From Saccostrea cucullata (lineage: Eukaryota): 64,000 nucleotides of DNA. The notes beneath the pieces were generated by a model. That model saw only the letters and a program-made list of their open reading frames with translations. It was not told the origin of the DNA and did not search any database. The first letter of the stretch is position 1. Each line of letters begins with the position of its first letter. Shown here piece by piece: positions 53,080 to 64,000 of this stretch. The stretch covers positions 1 to 64,000 of the forward strand of contig NW_026926468.1 in NCBI RefSeq assembly GCF_032062105.1, given 5' to 3'. Made by a program: the position numbers and the translations under genes.

Positions 53080-55620
53080 ATGCAATGTTCACCTATTTTT
53101 GTTTGTTTGTTATGTTTAATGTTTTGTTCATTGAACGTTAAAGATTGTTCATAAAACACAAAAATTTTAATTTTACTAAATATCAATATTTTTGATTTAG
53201 CGATATAAACAATTCTGGGTATTTTCTGTTTGTGCATCTTCAAAATAATGTCTTACATTTTGCCGATGATGTTATGGGATAGAAGTTTAAACCAAAATTC
53301 TTTTCCCAATACATTATCAAAAGCTTTCTCAAAATCTACAAACAATTAAGTTTTTTTCTTCTTTGTTTTGTGAAGCTCGAATAAAATATGTATTGAGAAT
53401 CAATTGTAGAATATCTCTTTCTAAATCCTGTTTGATTTTCATATCTTACTTTAAACTCATTGGCAAATATATTAAATCGTTCATTAAGAATCAAAGTGAA
53501 AAGTTTTCCAACGAAATTTAAATCTTGTAATTTGCCTGTAATTTTGTGTCTTACTTTTCCTGCCTTTTTTATGTATGGGCATAATATTTTCTTCTAATCA
53601 AGAAAATGGAATATTGCCCGATGGAAAAATCAAAATTAATACTTATTCATTAGTTGGCAATATTATGCTCTCTGTTGCTTTAATATATTCATTTCTTATA
53701 CCATCATCCCTACTCGATTTAATAATTTTAGGATTTTAAATAGTTTTTCTTTTAATTTTGTCCCGATTTATATATTTATTGAGATCTTGGTTAAGATTTC
53801 TGCTAGCAATATGATTATCAACTAATATGGTTTATTTCCTCATCTATATCAGGAGCCTTATTTCAATCTTTAAAGTATTTGTATAGTACTGGTGTATTTT
53901 CTCATGTTTATACATTTTAATATTTATTAATTATTTTTGCAATACTTTTTGGGAATCTTATTTTTATTTCTTTCAGATGTTTACTAAAATTTATTCCTAC
54001 ACTGCATATTTATCTGTTCTTTATCTACTAGTATAACTTTTTGTATATTTTTCATTTTCTTTATTCCTTTTGTATGCAATTTCTGTAGGATTTCTTACTA
54101 TTCAGGTATTTTTGTGGGTTTTCCCACAAGCCTTTGTAAAGCAAGATTTAGAGTTTCTCATATTTTTCAGGGGATACTTACTTCTGTATGGCACCTGATC
54201 CCAACTCCGATGTTTCAGAGGTACTTATATGATCTGCTTCTATTTTGTATTAATTAATGGACTTTCGATCTTGAATACTGTTCGTTATATCCATATGTTT
54301 TATTCTTTCTATTACCATTGCTACATGTAATACCTATAGAAATTTTTGCTGCATCAAACAATTCTTATTTCATTTTTCCACAATTTCATTCATTGCACTA
54401 TTCGTAGCTTTTTTAATTTGTTTAAATCTAGCAATATTAAAACGTGATTTAATTGATCAGTACATATACATGCTCCTTAGGACCCCATGGTTTGCTTTTA
54501 TTACACATTCAAACATTGTATTCGAACAATGCTCACTGAATTCAATTTTTTGTAGTTTTAAATACAACACTTTAGGATTAAGAACATATTTGTTGTTAAA
54601 GTACTTGCATATTCAAAAAATACTTATAAAGAGAATAATCACAAAGAAAGTAATCTCCAGTTCTCGATTCTTTACATGTTACCTCTCCTAATGAATAATC
54701 GTTATTACGTCCGTTTACATTTAACATCTAATTTAATGTACACATTTCCAATAAAAAATTACCATATGATTTTTATCTTTACCTTCATTGTTTCTTTCAA
54801 GCACATCGTCTTTGGAAAAATTTCTTTTTTCATGGTTTCAAAGACTTCACAAAATTGATTTTTTGTTTCATTATCAACGCTGAAAATTTCGATATTTGTT
54901 CCGGCTGAGCATTGAAGTCACCTGCTAGCATAACATATTTGTCACTATGTGCTAATTCTTGCATCTCTAGTTTAATTGTACTAAATAAAATCTAACTACT
55001 ATATCTTGTAATTTCTGGAGGTATAAATGTTATTCCAATTAGTAGAATTTCTTCATATTAAAATCGATATTTTTGAGATTTCTTATATCTAAGTCATCTG
55101 TTTTTGTTTCCTGACAAGACAATATATTGTATTGCCCCACTAGCTCCTGAGACTCTTGATAATTTAATTTTTTCCTTTATTCCACAACAGTTTAATGAGA
55201 AGATTTTTAATTAATTGTTTTTGCACGCAATTTCTCGAGTTTGTTACACACTCCCTGGAGAGTCCCTAGTCATTTTCTGGTGTGGAGTTGATTCTCCAAC
55301 GTTTGTTTTCGGTTTCTGGGGTTTGCTGTGAGTACTCCAGTGGCTCAATTGGCTCTGAATCCTCTAGGTCAGTTGGCCTTCCGATCACATATGTAATGTT
55401 CCTGACTAGCTTCACCTTTTCTCCCTTGAGCCGTAACACCTTCGTAATGAAATAAAGGCTTTTCTTTGCTTGTTTAATCTCATTAATTTCGTCCGGTAAT
55501 AGGCGGTTTATTTGGAATGGTTTCCCTTTCTGTTTCGATTGACATTGCTGTTTACACTATTGAAAATGTCGCTATAAATACACGCTCGTGACTTTCAGAA
55601 CACATTTACTTGGCCCTATC
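53080..55620 (-). mobile_element. Decayed CR1/L2-type LINE (ORF1 remnant, APE endonuclease, RT N-half)
   Basis: Fragments IFSLNCCGIK and LSCQETKTDD (APE); DDGIRNEYIK; PIHKKG...NYRQIT...GKLFTLILNER; ENQTGFRK; VDFEKAFDNV. Many stops; a PLE tail is inserted at about 54167-54300. Confidence 0.8.
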
Positions 55621-55878
55621 GAACACGTACATGTACAACTGCTTTGTTATTTTGTTTAATTCACACTACATTTCTACCAAATCAGGAGTCTGTATGATCT
55701 ATCAATATTATAAATGCATTTAAAGTACCTGTTTTCCTCGTTTTCTGATTTTGTTAATTGATTGTTTATTGTTTAACGTTCCTTTAGAGAATTTTTCACT
55801 AATATGGAGATTCTCCTGTTGAGGTATGGCAAATTAACCCATAATTTCTCTCTTCTATTTTCGTCCACCTTTCACATT

Positions 55879-56107
55879 CAGGCTCGGATCCAGGAATTGG
55901 AGTTACAGGGGGCGCCAAAATTAGGCAAGGGGTCTGGGGGCCGCCTTGAAGCTCCTGGATTCTAGAGATTTTGTAGGGTAAAAATGAGGTCTACCAATTA
56001 GACATATTTACATTTTCTAGACGAAACTTAGATTTACGCTAACTTTGACAATTTTAGGGTGGGGGGGGGGGCGTGCGCCGAGTGCGCCCCCCTTAAATCC
56101 ACCACTG
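55879..56107. mobile_element. Small GC-rich TIR MITE
   Basis: CAGGCTCGGATCCAGG...GGGGGCGCC and GCGCCCCCCTTAAATCCACCACTG imperfect inverted ends. Confidence 0.6.
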
Positions 56108-56685
56108 ACATTTTACGCATTTATTAAAATTTATTGATATTTAAAATGAAATCTTTATCTCTACTTGTATATCAAATATCTCATGACATATGTTATTCAA
56201 AATTGTCAATTATCAAACATGTCTATAAATTTATACGAATTTTTGTTAACATTCAGGGAGTTGGAATCGGGACGATGTCCTTGATACTGTCCAACCCAAC
56301 GAGAAATAAAGGTCTGCAAATCGTAAGGCGGCTTTATCGTAATTACATTCAATATTGTCCGACCAATGACACGATAATTTTTTTCCAAAATTTCATTATT
56401 TTAGTGTGTGTTAATAGTATCGTTAACAGTTGTTACAGTTCCCAGACCATGACAGGTGTTGCACCCCAAAATCATAATACTGACCTTTCGTTGAGCCGGG
56501 GGAAGGGGGTCAGGCACACGCCCTCGTAAGTCTCGGCTTCATCCTTGCATCGCCATATTTAAATCCTCTGATTCGTACCCAAACAGCTTGGATTTTGTCT
56601 GAAAAAATTGTCTTTATCACATTGACCATTAAAATTCCATCTGATTTTTCTTTTCCTCTTCACCAGTTCAGTCTCTTATTCCTGT

Positions 56686-56856
56686 AGGTCCCGTGTCACG
56701 GTAGGCGCTGGCACGATAAAGACCCTCACTGCTCAATGGCCCTAAGTGCCGAGTATAGGTCTAAATTTGAAGCCCTTCACCGGCATACGGTGACGTCTCC
56801 ATATGAGTAAAAAATTCTCGAGAGGGACGTGAAACAATAAACAATCAATCAATCAA
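56686..56856 (+). mobile_element. 5'-truncated SINE with (CAAT)n tail and 12-bp TSD
   Basis: TSD TCTT(A/T)TTCCTGT at 56674-56685 and 56857-56868; same family as 21089-21295. Confidence 0.85.
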
Positions 56857-57060
56857 TCTTTTTCCTGTTCATTTCCCTCACTCTCACTTTCTTCTTTACA
56901 ACACGTCTGTGGTACCCTTGTCGATACAAATATCACTGAGCTTTCGTTGAGACACTTTTCTGTGTCTGTATTGCTTAAATCACCCAAAAGGGATTTCCGT
57001 TTGTCCGGTCTTACTTAACATCTATCATCCCTGGGATCAATAATCCGTGGTGGCCCGCTA

Positions 57061-57616
57061 AAGTATCAGTCACATTATCCAGCGATGGGGTATACGATGA
57101 GAAACCGATGCGTTTTTTGATGAAAATGGTGTGGTTGCCGGCCGGGCATCACTAGTGATCGGACGGTGACTGAGGCCATTTTGCGAATCGGTGGGGTCAT
57201 TAGGAAATAATTCGTAGTTAAAATTCAGCGATGTCTCAAACGATGCCTCACATCGCTCCTAAATCGGCAACCCATCATTAACACATCTTTCAAGGATCGG
57301 CCGATGTATGGCCGAGCATCGTCCAATATCCGTTGAATCTGAGGTCATCGGGGGGTTGAATGGTGTTCAACAGATAACGGCCGATCATCGGTCGATGTTC
57401 GACCAAACATTGGCCTGTAGTCGATCGATGTACGAACGATGTTCACCAATGTGTGAGCGATGTAATATACATCGGCCGATTATCCTGGAACATCGTTTTA
57501 TGATTAGCAATGCATCGCTGGGCCTCTGTAAGTCCGGCCGGCAACCACGCCATTTTTATGTTAAAACACATTGATTGCCGATCGTATACCCAGCGATGAT
57601 AATGTGACTGATACTT
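57061..57616. mobile_element. GC-rich MITE with ~40-bp TIR (TA or TWA flanks)
   Basis: AAGTATCAGTCACATTATC...GGGTATACGAT pairs with ATCGTATACCC...GATAATGTGACTGATACTT. Followed by a related end, GGAAATGTGACCTAGGC (about 57714). Confidence 0.8.
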
Positions 57617-58665
57617 TAAGGACTTCTAGGCCGATGTGTACCGATGTTTGGGCATCTTTAACACCACGGATAACCACCGGTCTTCGGCTACCAGCCGGGA
57701 AATGTGACCTAGGCATAAAGAATCGGCATTTGTTTTTCGTGCTGCCCTTCTTCTTTTCTTAAATCGTATTTAACATCGGAAACCATTCCACGACGAATGT
57801 TGATTGTATTTGCAATATGCTACAATGTATATCCCTCATTCCTCATTGACACAAAAATATTTTTCCCATCAGAATTCATTTTTTTCTTTTTATTCTGCCC
57901 TTTTTGAAACTGTAAACAATCTATTATAGTGAAGATGACGGTCTAGCTTCCGGACATTACGTAACAAAAAATGTGGGAGAAAATCCAAAATACTAAAAAT
58001 AGAACAGACAACAACAACGTATGGAGGTAAACAAGAATTTAATTCTACGGTAATGTTTTCATTCGCCGCCATTTTGATTATTTCAGGTGACCTATGTCTG
58101 TACCTACCTTCTTCCCCCCTCCCCCCCAACTTCGTTTAAGTAACTTCACATTGGTATTTCCATCGATACCTAATGGGATTCGCTCCTGTTTCTGCTTGAT
58201 GCACTATTCCTCCATCTGAAATGTCTGTTTTCATAGTTATATTTGACATTTTTTTTCTCTTCGTTGTAATACTAAAAAAGCTTGAAACGTAAAAATGTTA
58301 TGTAAGGTATATTTTACTATAAATTGTTGTTGTAAACTGATACGAAATGAAGAGCATTAGAGAAACTGTTAAAGACCGCATACCTTTAATGCACATAAGC
58401 TTCCCTACCGATAAGGTTTTTAAATAAATGTTAGAGCTGTTATTAGAATAAGACATTTAAATCTGTTTTGGTCTAAAGTTTTTTTATCATGTTATCTTAA
58501 AGTGCAAATGTGCAGCCATGTTAAAAATGACAGAACGCCACGGTAAGAACATTACTTCAAATGCCGTATATCAATATTTTTTCACCAAATGTAGATCTTT
58601 AGAATAAAAAAGATGTTGAATTCTAATTGTTTTCTTTAGCTTAACATTAACTGCCTTCATTCAAC

Positions 58666-60350
58666 ATGGCGACATCAGAGATACTACAGACAGAGCACAA
58701 GACATAAAACGGTGTCAACTTTGTCCTGGAAAGGACCGGAAATCTGCAGCAGAAATTGTTTGTAGTTCCTGCCATGTCAACCTCTGTAAGGATTGTGTAG
58801 GTCTTCATATGGTTTCTGACCGTAAGGTTAAACATGAAGTTCTTACATTTGAATTCACATCTGAAATCATTGCGCCTCAGTGTAATCAACATGAAGGGCA
58901 AGGGTGTGAAATGTTTTGTGAATCTTGTGGTTCCCCTCTTTGTCCGCAATGTTTATCATCCGATTCTCATACAAATCACAATGTACAACATATTACAGAA
59001 ATTTATAACTCTCGGCAAGAGACGATTAAACAAGATATAAATGAACTGGGAAATAAGATTGCACCTGATTATGAGTCGATAATCTCTAAAATACAGTTAA
59101 TGATAACAAATGTTATCCAAAAACACGGAGAACGAAATCAGTCTATTACTAAATTTGGTGACAGCTGTCACAATCTGATAGATAGTGTTATCAATAGATA
59201 TTTGCAAGATTCAAAACAGATTGAAAAAGAAGACACAGACTCTCTGCTTGCTTTAAAATCAGTGTTTGAGAATCTGCAATCATCACTTCATTCAGCAATA
59301 AATGAAAATGCATCAATTCTAGCTTCCAGAGATTCATCAAAACTTATTCATTACATTTCAAAAAATAAAGAGTTTAGACATGTTCCCTCTAGGGTGGAAC
59401 TGACAGTGCCACAATTCAGTCCAGGTGAACTCACAGAAAAAACATTGTGTCAATTGATGGGTGACATTGAAAAGACAGTTAAAACTTACATTCAGGGATA
59501 TGTCATAAAAGGAATTTCAAGTTCCAGTGTACCACGTAAAAGCTTTCTTGACAAGCCTAGAGTTATAAGAAGTGTAGAAACCTATTTTCACAAAACATTT
59601 GGCATCAAATGTATTCCAAACAAACACCAATTTTATGTCAGTGGTGACAGTGAAATAATCAAGCACATGAACATAGAGGGAGAGGTACTGGAGGACATAA
59701 GCACCGAGCCAGGAGGTATTCTCGACCTGGCAATCAGCAGAGAGGGATTTTTAGTGTATAGCGAGAGCCGGTCAACACGTATCAATATCAGAAAGAATGA
59801 CCAAATAGAATGTCTTATCTCTCCGCAGGAGTGGACTCCACTCTCTATATGTTGCACCATCACAGGTGAATTACTCGTTGCTATGAAATCACTTCAAAAT
59901 AGAATCGCACAAAGTAGAGTGGTTCGCTATTGTGGTTCTGTAGCCACGCAAGAAATAAGATTCGATAATGCAGAACAAGCTTTATACTCATGTCCATTAT
60001 TCATTGAGGAAAACAAAAACCTTGATATAATAGTGAGTGACTCTGGTGAAAAGATAATAGTGGTTGATAGACTGGGCAAATTAAGATTCATCTATGATGG
60101 AAATCTCCAGTCGCAGATGTACAAAACATTTACTCCACGTGGTGTAACAACGAATAGCATATGCCAAATTTTGATTGCTGACCCTAGTAATCAAGTTATA
60201 CATATCATTGACGAGAACGGACAGTTTTTAATGTACATAAAAAAATCCGAATTACAAGAACCATATGATCTCTGTTCAGACAGCGATGATATTTTGTTCG
60301 TTACAGAGTTACGATCTGGCAAAGTGAAAGAATTAAAACTGTTTAGTTAG
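58666..60350 (+). CDS. RING-less TRIM-like protein: B-box, B-box, coiled coil, NHL beta-propeller (TRIM2/3/71-like)
   Basis: Frame open from 58620. AQDIKRCQLC...CSSCHVNLCKDCVGLH...H (B-box 1), CNQH...CEMFCESCGSPLCPQCLSSDSHTNH (B-box 2), heptad region, NHL repeats (PRGVTTNSICQILIADPSNQVIHII). Single coding exon after the acceptor TTCTTTAG at 58639. Confidence 0.9.
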
Positions 60351-62341
60351 TATCACAGACTAAACATGTAGATTCAGATGTTTTTTAAGTACCAGTCCAC
60401 ATAAAAATCAGACAAATTGTATGAAAGTGATACATATATACATAGAGTTTTTAATATGAATAATGTACGTAAAATGAAAAACATTTTCAGTCATGGTTAA
60501 CATGGAAACTTTGCCAAAGAAATTTCCTTTAGCAACCCTCAAATTTTTTCATGTTATTGAACAAAAAATCATTTATTTATAAGTCATAAAATAAAATGTA
60601 AATATCAGGAGAATTGTTGTCAATATATAAATGTTATGATAAAGATACACATTTTACGTGTTTTAACTGTCGCAGAGCAATCGCCCAAGTTAATTAATTG
60701 TAAATGAAAGAGTTAGAAGGTCTGATAAGGTTGCAGGTTCCTGGCGCAGGTGTTGTAGTCCTGTTTCCCAAGAATGTAATTTTAGCAAATTAGAGAGAAA
60801 GAGGGTGAGCAAGCACGGATGTATAATTTGTTTGTTTGTCATTTCTGCTGGCATCTGTTTATCGTTCTTGATAGAGCTTCAATAGATGAAAGTGAGCATT
60901 AAGTTAATTTGTGGGATAAATTGGGGAGAGATCCGCTATGGCCATGCTCTGGAAGAGAGGAGAACAAGTCAATGAGAGTGGAAGTGTCTTTGAATTGTGA
61001 ACTTTGTGCACTATTATTATAAATATATTGCGTGTGTTGTAAATATGTAAATAAACGATGTAAATAAAACAATCGTAATTATTTATCAGTGCCAGTGACA
61101 GGGAGGACCCCCGTAACATAACAATGCAGTTTTTAATTTTAAAAAAAATCGTAAATTAGTTTTGTGCTAGACAGTTGTTGTCATGGCAACATGCAGATTG
61201 TTCTTGCAAGAATTCGATTTATAAAAGCATAAAAAATGTTTCCAAGAAAAACACGAGCGTATTCAATATCTTTGTTTCACATAATATAAAGTTTAAAACT
61301 GGGCTTGTGCCATTAACAGCATTGTATGCATTATAGAAATATTAAGTAATATCTGTATTTATTGCTACATCAATGAATACAACAGACGAACAGCCGCGAT
61401 GAGCAAATAATGAAGAAGATATCCTCGATTAAATGCATTATGTTTTGAAAATTTGAGAAAGATTAAAATTATAAAATATCTACATCTACTAAATAGTATT
61501 TCCTTTATTTTATGTAAGAGTAATCGCCGTTTATACGTTAGTAAACACCAGTAAGGCAAGTCATCTTCATAGATTTCGTGAACAATGGCTCTTCCTTCAG
61601 ATATGCATGCTAGTAGTTACATATCTATCTATTACACAATATTTATCACATTTGATTTTTTTCTAAAATGTTCTTTTAAGCAAATAAAGATATTAACCAT
61701 AAAATACCTTTATTTGTTAGTAGGGGAATGAACATTGCAGCTATTGCAGAAAAAAAAACTAATAACAAAACCCGCTAATTATGTACTGTCCTTAGACAAT
61801 TGATGACAAGACACAAATTTAAATGATTGTGTATGCAAAGAACACAAATTAATCAGATTGACACAGGCAATCGATTTAAATGTACCCGTTTAAGTACATG
61901 TGTGTGTGTGGTTGATTTTCACACATGATTGTTGCAATGCAACACACTGGACAAACTCAACATTTGATTCATCAGGCTTTCGCTTTTGTGCCCGAAATGA
62001 TAATTATAGATAGTTTACACATATCATTAAAAAAAATCAAAAATGAAAAAAAAAAGTTTTCCTCTAAGTAGAAAATACATTAGAAAATACACAAAAAGTC
62101 AAAGAAAATACATTGACAGAAAGAAAATCAATATAATATTTCATGCACTTTAAAAATTTTCTGACAATAAGAAAAAAAATTGTAATTAATCATAACTTGC
62201 ACTGTCTTTATGCTGTAATTGGTTTTAGCAAATTTGATCTTTCTTGAAAGGGTTATGTTTGTATAATATTACTTGCATACAATGTAATGAGTTTGTTTGT
62301 GTTCGAATGATACAATATTTATAGCAACGGATATTTACTTT

Positions 62342-62551
62342 CTAAGTGGTATAGGGATGGTCTTTTTCACCATATGACATAAATATATCATAAATGTAGT
62401 TGTTTTCTCTGTTTTGTATATGTACACCCTTCCACCTGTTTTTAAGTCGCAGTATAACATATTCTACATGTATACGGTATTTTCGTAAGGCAGCAACTAT
62501 AATAAGTACAGACAAGGCAATCAAAATCAACACCACAGAGAAAATAAAATG
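62342..62551 (-). pseudogene. TLR fragment: TM, juxtamembrane and TIR box 1
   Basis: FIFSVVLILIALSVLIIVAALRKYRIHVEYVILRLKNRWKGVHIQNRENNYIYDIFMSY, nearly identical to 13785-13960; truncated on both sides. Confidence 0.9.
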
Positions 62552-62944
62552 GCATGCAATTTGCATTATAAAATAATATATTTACATAAAATTTTATCAT
62601 CAGAAAACAGTGACTTCCTTTCTGAATAGCCGGATTTTCTTATAAGAAAATTGATATACAAGAGTTTCATAGGTAAATCTATTTCAGATGTATAAAAAAA
62701 AATGTGTATAACCTTTTCAGTTAGGAATTACAATTATACACTTGCAAAAGACTCTGTCACAAGCATTTACCTAAAATTAAATCGGTGAAGCATTTTTAAA
62801 ATACAATTTTTATTTTTATCTAGAAAGTGCCGATTTGTCGAGATCATCTTTATTCGCCCACCTCCACCCAGTCGTTCTACGGACCTGCAGTTGTGTTATT
62901 TTATGATACGCTGATTATTCTGTCTTACTAATCATATTTAAAAC

Positions 62945-63937
62945 ATATCGATGCGCCTGTTTCAAACCTTTTGAAAATATATTGCCTTATTTGAATTTGA
63001 AGTATTCTCTTTTTATCGTTCTTTCCAAAACTTGATATGGCGCGCATTTATAGAGATCAACGCAGAATACAATAAAATACAATAACGCAAAAAAGTAACA
63101 ACGTAATTATTAGGGTTTCTACTGTACATTTTATGTTATTACATTTTGCGTCAAAATTACACCATTTTGCGTCGAGATTTAGCAACAGGCAAGAAAGTAA
63201 AATATGAGAAAACATTGTTTCGTCAGTCAGATTGGATATAATCGAATTTTACCTTTTGACATTGACAATTAAGTTTGACCAATCTTTGAAAAAATTATCT
63301 ATGTCATCAGATTTTTACAGTTTGAGCTTAGCCTCCATACTTCAGAGGTATATTCATTGAGACAAGTCCATTCTTTGGTGCAACATTTTTGAATTCTTGA
63401 ACTTAAATAAAGGTTTAATAATGAATCAAAATTATCGGTTTATTCCAAGATAATTGTATCACAAAACAAACGATTTATGTGAAATATGAAAATACACGTA
63501 GCAAAGTTTTGAAAACTCAACTTCACTGTAAAGCAAGGAAGATAACTTCAAAATATACAAAACTGGAAAAAAAAAATGTATCAATCGCGTAAGTTTTTAT
63601 CGCCAATGTCAACATTTTAAAGATCACGATCTCTTTATTTCTAACTTGTAACCATCAGTCAACTGGAGCGAGCAGAAGCGAGGAATACGTTCTGATCAGC
63701 TTTTCGAAGATCGTATCAAAATTCACAGTCATCCGATACTAAGATTTCTTTGCAATTGAAATCATGGTTTTCAAGGCATGCCTCAAATAAGGAAAAGGAA
63801 GTGTAGCAATATTTTTATTAGGTTATATTAAAATATGGTTGCCAAATGTTTTCCATTAAAGTACATTTTTGAGGTTCTAAAACCTGTAATTTTCTGAAAC
63901 CTGTTATTTTCTAAAACCTAATAACTTCAAGAATTGA
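62945..63937 (-). repeat. Inverted paralog of the TLR pseudogene's 3' flank (about 14460-17450)
   Basis: Colinear reverse-complement matches, e.g. GGCATGCCTTGAAAACCATG, CGATAAAAACTTACGCGA, TGTCTCAATGAATATAC, TGTCAATGTCAAAAGGT. Confidence 0.85.
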
Positions 63938-63940
63938 GTC

Positions 63941-64000
63941 GCCCGTGTGGTGCAGTGGTTAGAGCGTCTGCTCTAGAGTCGCGAAGTAAGGAGTCTATCA
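63941..64000 (+). mobile_element. tRNA-derived SINE head (runs off the window edge)
   Basis: GCCCGTGTGGTGCAGTGGTTAGAGCGTC A-box pattern; interrupts the duplicated block. Confidence 0.55.

Larger units (their letters stand above)
56360..57860 (-). mobile_element. Tc1 transposase relic interrupted by a SINE and MITEs
   Basis: Minus-strand fragments: HIANTINIRRGMVSDV (HTH), HRRVVKKKVRVREMNRK|KRLNW, IFSD, QRKVSIMILGC..HGLGTVTTVNDTIN...EILEKN. Confidence 0.7.

Noticed and set aside
56134-57762. 131-, 88- and 63-aa plus-strand ORFs
   Set aside because: Antisense to a Tc1 relic or inside a GC-rich MITE; no recognisable domains.
57890-58129. 79-aa minus-strand ORF with AAAATGGCGGC (YY1-like) motif
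   Set aside because: No domain support or splice context; a single motif is insufficient to call a promoter.

Overview
AT-rich eukaryotic (metazoan) scaffold with two N gaps. The repeat families and gene families point to a bivalve mollusc, most likely a cupped oyster (Crassostrea/Magallana); this is an inference from recalled sequence families. The window is a rapidly turning-over innate-immunity neighbourhood. It holds four Toll-like receptor (TLR)-derived pieces: an intact-looking ectodomain-only ORF (4030-4767, -), a multiply disrupted LRR-TM-TIR pseudogene (12634-14369, +) and two TM/TIR remnants. It also holds a RING-less B-box/coiled-coil/NHL TRIM-like gene (58666-60350, +). Two spliced genes largely missed by the ORF track were reconstructed by hand: a small secreted EGF-like (MEGF10/SCARF-type) protein (30204-31152, +) and a Cys-rich type I membrane protein with a furin site (34740-38039, -). 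The rest is nested mobile DNA: a young 5'-truncated L1/Tx1-type LINE with TSD, a CR1-type LINE relic, a DIRS/Ngaro relic (tyrosine recombinase + SGNH ORF), Penelope-like RT ends, two Tc1 relics, several TTAA-targeting (Kolobok-like) MITEs, Helentron-type non-autonomous elements and SINEs. Two inverted segmental duplications and one tandem duplication are present; the inverted pairs retain empty insertion sites. All translations and alignments were done by eye; no database searches were run.
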